Origin: a virus
Lineage: Duplodnaviria; Caudoviricetes
Strand: one strand, 5' to 3'
Virus record (IMG/VR): IMGVR_UViG_3300009184_001883
Coordinates: 1 to 24,608 of that record
Length of the DNA: 24,608 nt
Part shown: piece by piece, positions 18,192 through 24,608 of the stretch
How positions within the stretch are numbered: the first letter of the stretch is position 1
Layout: the number at the start of each line of letters is the position of its first letter
Position numbers and translations under genes: made by a program
Notes under the pieces: model-generated
Seen by the model: only the letters and a program-made list of their open reading frames with translations
Told to the model about the DNA's origin: nothing
The model's database searches: none

Positions 18192-18782
18192 ATGAAAGAT
18201 ATAAATCAACCTGAATATCTGGACGATAAAGATCCAGAAAAGAATCACGATTACTGGAGACAAGATCACGGTGGTATGGTGACTACACACAATGGTGTGG
18301 CTGAACGCTTATTATCTAATAACAATGACTTGTATAATAGTATGAAAGGTGATTGGAAAAGAACTGACACTAATAAAAGTGGCAATATGATTGTGACCAC
18401 TGGCAGAGAAGATGGCAAGTTTTACATCAAACGAGAACAGCTGAACACCGAAGAAATTAAACTGCGTGTAAAGAACTACAGACACGCTGCCGAACTTGGT
18501 ATTCCTGATCCTTTGGCACCTATTGGTGAAGATGGCAAACTAACTTATAAGTGGATGGATTTGCCCACGGTTATCAGTATCCGTATCAGTGACCAATACT
18601 TTGATGGTATTCCTTGGAACGCTATTAAAAACGACAGAACACTCAAAGCCCAGTTTTACAGAGTTGTTCAACAAGAATATCCAGAATATGTGACATACCC
18701 AGGTGGTAAATTACCTATTCCCATAGATGTGCCTTATCCCACAAAACGAGGCGAACAGAAATACTTTAAAGGACTACATTAA
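18192..18782 (+). CDS. Post-capsid hypothetical protein
   Basis: 196 aa. Position between capsid and adaptor. ATG is 5 nt after GCTAAATA. Confidence 0.75.
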   Translation: MKDINQPEYLDDKDPEKNHDYWRQDHGGMVTTHNGVAERLLSNNNDLYNSMKGDWKRTDTNKSGNMIVTTGREDGKFYIKREQLNTEEIKLRVKNYRHAAELGIPDPLAPIGEDGKLTYKWMDLPTVISIRISDQYFDGIPWNAIKNDRTLKAQFYRVVQQEYPEYVTYPGGKLPIPIDVPYPTKRGEQKYFKGLH

Positions 18783-18784
18783 AA

Positions 18785-19996
18785 ATGTTTGTAATACCCA
18801 CAGCCGATGACCTTGTGACATTCATCAAAGACTTCACAGGCTCAACCAATGACGCAGAAATAAAGAAGTGTATTTTTATGGCAGAAATGTCAATGAGAAA
18901 CATTGAACTACCAGCATTACGCAGTGATCCTTATGCTGTGGAAAACATTGGTATTGCCGATGCCGATGGTAGGGTGCCTATTCCTGGTGATATGAACAAA
19001 CCTATCTTGTTCTTTCAACAAGGAGCACAGGTCACTACCAGTGCCACAGCCACAGGTGTGTCAGGTCAATTTACTATTACTCTGACTTCTACTCCAGCAC
19101 AGACGCTACAAAACAATATGTTGGTGTCGGGAACTGGTATTGCGTCTAACACTACTATTGTCAATATCACAGGTGGTGGTGGCAGTGGTAGTGTAATTAC
19201 TTTAAGTTTAGTCAATACTGCCACGGTTAGTGGAACTATTGTATTTGCCACTAATGCCAGCAACAGCAATCAAAGCGGACCTTGGATTGTCTATGACCGT
19301 ATTGGCGACAGAGATATTATTACTCAGGGAATGCTTGCCCAGTTATATTTGAGTCCAGTAAATGTGCCAAATGTAATCCGTGGTAAATTCAGTGAAGTAG
19401 CAAACAAGTATCACTTTTTGCCGTATGTGGCTGAAGGTGCTCTTATCAACTTATATTACTATCGTGCTTGGCAGTTGCTATTCAGTCCTGTGGAAGACGA
19501 ACTAATTAGTGCTACTGGCAGCGTAAATCCTATTAGTGGTAGTGGTCCTTGGTTGATTGGCATCAGTGGTATGAGTGATATTACTGGATTAAATGTCGGT
19601 GATGAAATCACAGCCACAGCAGGCACAGGCAGTCTGGGAACAGGCTTTACTTCAGCAGTGGTCACACAACTAACTTCAAGCACCAGTATTCAAGTAAGTG
19701 TCACAGGCGGCTCAAGCCCCACAGGTGGCACTATAACTGACATCTCTCTTACAGGGCAAACGGTTCAAACTAATGCTGTGCTACAAACCTGGGCAGAAGG
19801 TTATGTGTATGCTACTCTGCGTGAGTATTACATTAAACGACACAATGCCGAAGATGCTCAGGTGTATGCTCAAAAGTTTGAAAACGCATACAACATTGTA
19901 GAAGATCAAAACAATTTAGGTAAGTGGAGTGGCGGACATACTAAACTAACTTCAGTATGGCAACCTCGTCAATACAGAAACTTCGCTTACAAATAA
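18785..19996 (+). CDS. Head-tail adaptor (SU10-like) with two inserted Ser/Thr/Gly-rich domains
   Basis: N-terminal TADDLVTFIKDF...IFMAEMSMRN and C-terminal TNAVLQTWAEGYVYATLREYY...KWSGG fit the adaptor pattern (TYxELxxxIxxW...LAExxxNR; TNWLLxxxPDxYLYxxLxE). Confidence 0.7.
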   Translation: MFVIPTADDLVTFIKDFTGSTNDAEIKKCIFMAEMSMRNIELPALRSDPYAVENIGIADADGRVPIPGDMNKPILFFQQGAQVTTSATATGVSGQFTITLTSTPAQTLQNNMLVSGTGIASNTTIVNITGGGGSGSVITLSLVNTATVSGTIVFATNASNSNQSGPWIVYDRIGDRDIITQGMLAQLYLSPVNVPNVIRGKFSEVANKYHFLPYVAEGALINLYYYRAWQLLFSPVEDELISATGSVNPISGSGPWLIGISGMSDITGLNVGDEITATAGTGSLGTGFTSAVVTQLTSSTSIQVSVTGGSSPTGGTITDISLTGQTVQTNAVLQTWAEGYVYATLREYYIKRHNAEDAQVYAQKFENAYNIVEDQNNLGKWSGGHTKLTSVWQPRQYRNFAYK

Positions 19997-20005
19997 GGAT
20001 AATCA

Positions 20006-23000
20006 ATGGCAGACAATAGTTCATTATACGGATCAACACCTCCAAGTGGCACGGTGTCAAGTAGCAATTACACTACTTTATATAGTGGTGGGAATAACTT
20101 TGTTCCCAGTGGCGACAATGTAATCATTTCGGGAACACTGACCGTGAATGGCTGTAGTATCCTAACTGATTGTTCAACTTTTAACTTACTGCCGTTTAAC
20201 GCAACCACTATCAATTTTGGTGGTGCGGCAACAGCAATGAGCGTTGGTGGTGCCACAGGCGTGACCACAATCCAAAATCAATTATCCACTGCCAATTATC
20301 TTTTTCCATTGGCAGATGGCACAGCCAATCAGGTATTGATAACTGATGGTGCTGGTGTTTTAAGTTTCGCAGATGTCCAGAGTTTAGACACTAACTATAA
20401 CATACAAGCAGACACCGCTACTGGTGGTGCCAATCTTACATTGGTGGGCAGTGATGCTACCACTGACAGCGTGAAGTTTGCCAACGGAACTAATGTCACG
20501 GTCAGTAGAACAGACGCAAGCACAATTACTATTAGTAGTATAGATACAAATACAACTTATACACAGAACGCAAGTGCTACTACTGGTGGTGCTAATCTAA
20601 ATCTTGTAGGCAGTGATGCCACAACTGATACTATCAAGTTTGCTCAAGGTGCTGGTATAACCGTGGTTAGAACGGACGCTGACACTATCACTATTACTAA
20701 CACAGATCCTGGTTCAGCAGGTGTCACAAGTATCACAGGCACAGCCAATCAGGTCATCGCTTCAAGTCCAACTGGTGCGGTGACTTTAAGTTTGCCACAG
20801 GATATCGCTACAACAAGTAATCCTGTGTTCGCAGGCATCACTGGCGGTAATGTCACGGTGGGTATAGCAGACAACCAAACTATATCTACTACAACTGGAG
20901 CATTGTATCTGAATAGTGCTTTAACATCAGGAGCACAGATTTATATTGGTAATAATGCCGATGAATTACAAACTGGTTTTAGTAGCCCAAGTAATTCTTT
21001 GCTTTTTACTGATAACTTTATCAATGGTAATTTAGCCAGTCGCAAATATAATGTCAATAATAATGCGGTAGCATATCCGTTGCGTATGGAAGCAGTGGCA
21101 GGCACGGCTGTGACTCCAGGTGCGGGTTATGGTGTTGGTATGTATGCTGGAATGACTAATGCCAGTGGCACATTTTTAACTGCCGCTAATATAGATGTTA
21201 GTTGGACAGATGCTACAGCAGCCACAGAAGATAGTAAATTCGCAGTTTCATTATTACGCAATGGTGCTATGACATTAGCAAGTTCATTGGACAGCAATGG
21301 TAATTTAGAATTGGCAGGTGGTATCACGGTCAGTGGTAGCACAAGTGGCAGTTCAACATTTAACGCACCTGCTACTGGATCAAATTTAATTTATACATTA
21401 CCTGGAACCGCTGGAGCAAGTTCAACGGTGCTGACCAATGACGGAGCAGGTAATTTATCGTGGGCATTACCTGGTGGTGGTGGCAGCACTTTTGGTAATA
21501 TCACTATTGCTGTGGTTGATGACAATACTATCAGCACTACTACTGGTGATTTAATTTTAGATGCCAATAGCAATTTAGTCAAGGTTGATGCCACTACTTT
21601 TAATGTCAATAGTGATAATTTGTTTGTCAATAACAACAGAGTTGGTATAAACAATAATGCTCCTGATTATGAACTACATTTAGATCAAGGGCAGGATAGT
21701 CTTACACAATTTGGTATGACTAATAATGAACGCACTTTTATTATCAGTAATAACGGTGCTGATGATTTGCTGAGTTTATACTATGGTGTTATTCCTCCAG
21801 CAGGCGACAACAGACTACAATTTAATTTAACAGATCAATGGTTTAACACTGGCAAACTTGGTGTCAATAATGCTACACCCGCCTACGAACTTGATGTATA
21901 TGGCACAGGTAGATTTACCAGTGATCTTATCGCCACTAATAGTATAAAAATAGATGGTATTACCAGTGGATATACTGCTATTACTCAACCTGCTATTGCG
22001 GCAAATATTCAATATATATTGCCAAATGCTCAGGGAGCAGTCAGCACCGTTCTTACTAATGATGGTAGTGGAAACTTATCTTGGGCATTGCCAGGCGGTG
22101 GTGGTTCAACATTTGGCAACATTACTATTGCTGTAGATACTGACAATACTATATCAACTACCACTGGTGATTTAATATTACAAACTGAGGCTGGTGTAGA
22201 TTCAGGTGTTATCACAATAGAAGCAGGTGCGGATAATGATGTTGTTATTGAACCAAATGGTCTCGGTAGAGTGTTATTGACCACTGATCAAGTAGTTGTT
22301 GGTGACTTAAATGCCAGTGCTGCCATCACAACTAACGGCACAGGTAATCTTTACTTTAATACCAACGGCTTTACAAACTCTGGACAAATGTTCTTGGAAG
22401 CAGGTGTCAATGGTAATATTGTATTGGCACCATATACACCTGGAACTGGTGCTGTAAAAACTTATAATAATTTTGTTGTCAATGACAGCACTTTCTTTGT
22501 AGATTCTGCCAATGGCAGAGTTGGTGTGAATACCGCAACACCTGGTCAAGAATTTACTATCAGTGATGGTGGTGATGGTTATGTTCAGTTTGGTATGATC
22601 AACACAGAACGCTTGTGGTTAGTGACTAACAACGCTGGTGATAATTTAATATCATATACCGTTCAAGAAACTGCTGGTAGTCCTGTAAATAGACTTCAGT
22701 TTGACGCCACAGGCGGAGATCAATGGTTCCCTTCGGGTAATTTAGGTGTTGGCACGGCTACGCCTGCCTATGCTTTAGATGTCAGCGGCACAGGTAGATT
22801 TACCAGTAATTTGATTGCCACTGGCGGTATAACATTAAATGGCACAACCAGTGGATATAGTGATATTATACAGCCTGCTGTTGGGGCAAATATTCAATAC
22901 GTGTTGCCAGCGGCTCAGGGTGCTGTATCAACGGTACTGACCAATGATGGCAGTGGAAATTTAAGTTGGGCATTGCCTGGTGGCGGTGGATCTACTTTTG

Positions 23001-23443
23001 GTAATATAACGGTGGGTGTTGTCACTGACAATACTATATCAACTACCACAGGTGATTTGGTTTTAGCCAGTTTTACTAATTTATTAGATGCCGCTACTTT
23101 GAGTGCTAATTTTAATAATGTAAGTGTTGATAATCAAGCAGATTTAGATAGTTCAACACTGACAACAACCGCAACTGCCACGGTGGCATTAAACACTACA
23201 ACAAGAAACGCAATGACAGGATTGATAAACATCATTCAAGGTGCTAACGTTCATTGTCTAAACTTTACAATATTGCGAGTAGATGCTACAACAGCCTTGC
23301 TGACTACCTATGCTGAAATGTATAATACTACATCATTGGCAAGTTTTACTGGTGATGTAAGTGGTGGGCTTTTAAGATTATTGGTGACCCCAACAAGTGC
23401 TACAAGCACGGTATTCAGTGTGGTAAGAACCTCACTAACATAA
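20006..23443 (+). CDS. Tail fibre / repetitive virion fibre protein
   Basis: 1145 aa, Thr/Gly/Asn/Ser-rich. GTANQVLITDGAGVLSF-type and RVGINNNAP/RVGVNTATP fibre repeats, with internal duplications. Confidence 0.85.
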   Translation: MADNSSLYGSTPPSGTVSSSNYTTLYSGGNNFVPSGDNVIISGTLTVNGCSILTDCSTFNLLPFNATTINFGGAATAMSVGGATGVTTIQNQLSTANYLFPLADGTANQVLITDGAGVLSFADVQSLDTNYNIQADTATGGANLTLVGSDATTDSVKFANGTNVTVSRTDASTITISSIDTNTTYTQNASATTGGANLNLVGSDATTDTIKFAQGAGITVVRTDADTITITNTDPGSAGVTSITGTANQVIASSPTGAVTLSLPQDIATTSNPVFAGITGGNVTVGIADNQTISTTTGALYLNSALTSGAQIYIGNNADELQTGFSSPSNSLLFTDNFINGNLASRKYNVNNNAVAYPLRMEAVAGTAVTPGAGYGVGMYAGMTNASGTFLTAANIDVSWTDATAATEDSKFAVSLLRNGAMTLASSLDSNGNLELAGGITVSGSTSGSSTFNAPATGSNLIYTLPGTAGASSTVLTNDGAGNLSWALPGGGGSTFGNITIAVVDDNTISTTTGDLILDANSNLVKVDATTFNVNSDNLFVNNNRVGINNNAPDYELHLDQGQDSLTQFGMTNNERTFIISNNGADDLLSLYYGVIPPAGDNRLQFNLTDQWFNTGKLGVNNATPAYELDVYGTGRFTSDLIATNSIKIDGITSGYTAITQPAIAANIQYILPNAQGAVSTVLTNDGSGNLSWALPGGGGSTFGNITIAVDTDNTISTTTGDLILQTEAGVDSGVITIEAGADNDVVIEPNGLGRVLLTTDQVVVGDLNASAAITTNGTGNLYFNTNGFTNSGQMFLEAGVNGNIVLAPYTPGTGAVKTYNNFVVNDSTFFVDSANGRVGVNTATPGQEFTISDGGDGYVQFGMINTERLWLVTNNAGDNLISYTVQETAGSPVNRLQFDATGGDQWFPSGNLGVGTATPAYALDVSGTGRFTSNLIATGGITLNGTTSGYSDIIQPAVGANIQYVLPAAQGAVSTVLTNDGSGNLSWALPGGGGSTFGNITVGVVTDNTISTTTGDLVLASFTNLLDAATLSANFNNVSVDNQADLDSSTLTTTATATVALNTTTRNAMTGLINIIQGANVHCLNFTILRVDATTALLTTYAEMYNTTSLASFTGDVSGGLLRLLVTPTSATSTVFSVVRTSLT
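20387..20700 (+). repeat. Tandem two-copy repeat of about 52 aa in the fibre gene
   Basis: TGGANLTLVGSDATTDSVKFA..RTDASTITI versus TGGANLNLVGSDATTDTIKFA..RTDADTITI. Confidence 0.9.
21425..23065 (+). repeat. Three dispersed copies of a 45-aa module (21425-21559, 22046-22180, 22931-23065)
   Basis: TVLTNDGxGNLSWALPGGGGSTFGNITxxVxxDNTISTTTGDLxL occurs three times. Copies 2 and 3 end a longer duplicated unit (about 21599-22180 and 22472-23065). Confidence 0.95.
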
Positions 23444-23457
23444 GGATTGTGTGAATT

Positions 23458-24608
23458 ATGTCAAACGAAAAATTCAAAGTAAAATTCGGACTCGCAGTAG
23501 GCGATACAACAATGACGGTTGATGCCGCCACTGGTAATATTATTACTCAGGGTGGGCAAAGCACCAGTGACACTATAACAGCAGGCGGTAAAGCCATAGA
23601 TGCTAATGGTAATGTATTGGTTAGTAATTCTACTTTAAATACTACTCAATTGCCAGCGGCTGCGTTTTTTGACAATACTACAGCAAATAGACAAGGTCGT
23701 GTGTTTGTTAGAGAGTATGGACAAAACGCAGGTAGCCTTGCTTCGGCTGCTACTATTGGAGCAGGACAATTATTTTTAGAAGGCAGTCGTGGAACTGCCG
23801 CAGCCCCAGTGAATGTCAATGTGGCAAACTCCAGCGTAGGTAGTCTTGGTGTTGGTTATTACGATGGCACAAGATTCAGCAGTGAAAACGGTGTTGGATT
23901 TAATACTGGCGTAGTATTTCAAAACACAGAAGCAACTGCCAGTGAAACTTCGGTATTTACAGGCAGTATAGCAACAACGGTATTGACGGTCACTGCTGTG
24001 ACCAGTGGTGCTATTCACGTTGGTCAGTTGATCTCAGGCACTGGTGTAGCCAACGGAACAACCATTACTGCTTATGGTGCGAATACATTTGGTGGTGTTG
24101 GAACTTATACGGTTAGTTTTTCACAGACTACCGCAAGCACAACTATCACAGGTGTTGGCACTACAGCAGGTGGTGGTAGATTTGTATTTTTAACTACACC
24201 CACAGGTAATAAGTTTAGTGCTACCAGCAGACAAAGTATGATGGTGGCTGGTCAAACTGCTACATCTACACAGACAATCAACGGTGTCACGGTTCCGCAA
24301 AACTCAGGATTGAATATGCTCAACGGTAATTTGGATGCTGGTGATACTACATTTGTCAATAGTGCTGGTAATGTTGTTTATAAAGGCAGAGGCGGTGCTA
24401 ACTTTAGTATTGGAGGTTCATCACTTACCCAAACTGGTGTGCCTTTTGAAGATAGATGTAGTTTTAATGGCTACATTGACAACGGTGCTGGTAGTGCTGG
24501 TAATACATTGACGGTGACTTCGGTGACTTCAGGTGTATTATATGTTGGACAACTTATCAGAGCCGTTGGTTTGAGTAATACAACTCCTTACTTTATCACA
24601 GCCTTGGG
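23458..24608 (+). CDS. Second fibre/virion structural protein, truncated at the window end (not in the ORF track)
   Basis: AAGGA upstream and ATG at 23458. [18 protein letters not shown]... stays open to the end of the window. Two copies of an F.G.I...LTVT.VTSG...VGQLI domain (about 23956 and 24463). Confidence 0.85.
   Translation, partial: MSNEKFKVKFGLAVGDTTMTVDAATGNIITQGGQSTSDTITAGGKAIDANGNVLVSNSTLNTTQLPAAAFFDNTTANRQGRVFVREYGQNAGSLASAATIGAGQLFLEGSRGTAAAPVNVNVANSSVGSLGVGYYDGTRFSSENGVGFNTGVVFQNTEATASETSVFTGSIATTVLTVTAVTSGAIHVGQLISGTGVANGTTITAYGANTFGGVGTYTVSFSQTTASTTITGVGTTAGGGRFVFLTTPTGNKFSATSRQSMMVAGQTATSTQTINGVTVPQNSGLNMLNGNLDAGDTTFVNSAGNVVYKGRGGANFSIGGSSLTQTGVPFEDRCSFNGYIDNGAGSAGNTLTVTSVTSGVLYVGQLIRAVGLSNTTPYFITAL

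Noticed and set aside
2954-22691. Other intragenic TAAATA hexamers (about 2954, 11373, 13272, 22686)
   Set aside because: Expected by chance in AT-rich DNA and lacking an adjacent SD or ATG. The copy at 11373, upstream of the glycosyltransferase, is possible but unsupported.
20387-23065. Repeats as a CRISPR array or a diversity-generating retroelement TR/VR pair
   Set aside because: They are in-frame coding repeats that differ mainly at synonymous sites, not specifically at adenines. There is no repeat-spacer periodicity and no reverse transcriptase or cas gene.
66-23443. No called gene ends in TAG, suggesting possible stop-codon reassignment
   Set aside because: All genes are full length under the standard code with no in-frame TAG. 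TAA preference and TAATG/ATGA coupling explain the pattern.
1035-24018. Numerous short minus-strand and off-frame ORFs in the track (for example 2915-3427, 4360-4800, 10223-10579, 15049-15333, 23776-24018)
   Set aside because: They lie within long, motif-supported + strand genes, have no recognisable motifs, and look like antisense or frame shadows.
1-24608. tRNA, rRNA, integrase, transposase, intron or intein
   Set aside because: Intergenic gaps are too short for structured RNA genes, no such protein motifs were seen, and TerL, portal and capsid are uninterrupted.

Overview
This window is the morphogenesis region of a tailed dsDNA phage or phage-like element with podovirus-type (P22/SU10-like) architecture. 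Almost all genes are on the + strand and tightly coupled. Gene order: three putative ejection/DNA-transfer proteins, a Dps/ferritin-like protein, a GNAT-like protein (minus strand), a TerS-like protein, several small basic proteins, terminase large subunit, an inserted GT60-type GlcNAc transferase + nucleotidyltransferase-like + small ORF cassette, portal, scaffold, DUF5309/SU10-type major capsid, head-tail adaptor with two inserted domains, and two fibre proteins (the second truncated). Family calls come from motif recognition by eye, not database searches. Four non-gene signals stand out. (1) A T4-late-promoter-like motif (NNTAAATA) recurs at operon starts, four times exactly 5 nt before an SD-less ATG. 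(2) A complete promoter+SD+in-frame ATG is nested inside the 1020-aa gene. (3) Many palindromic words are nearly absent, and the avoidance extends to dipeptide choice (no Met-Gln or Met-His found). (4) The ejection genes run directly into the packaging genes with no replication or transcription genes in view. Together these raise the hypothesis, not shown here, of a podovirus-like satellite that depends on a T4-like helper's late transcription machinery.
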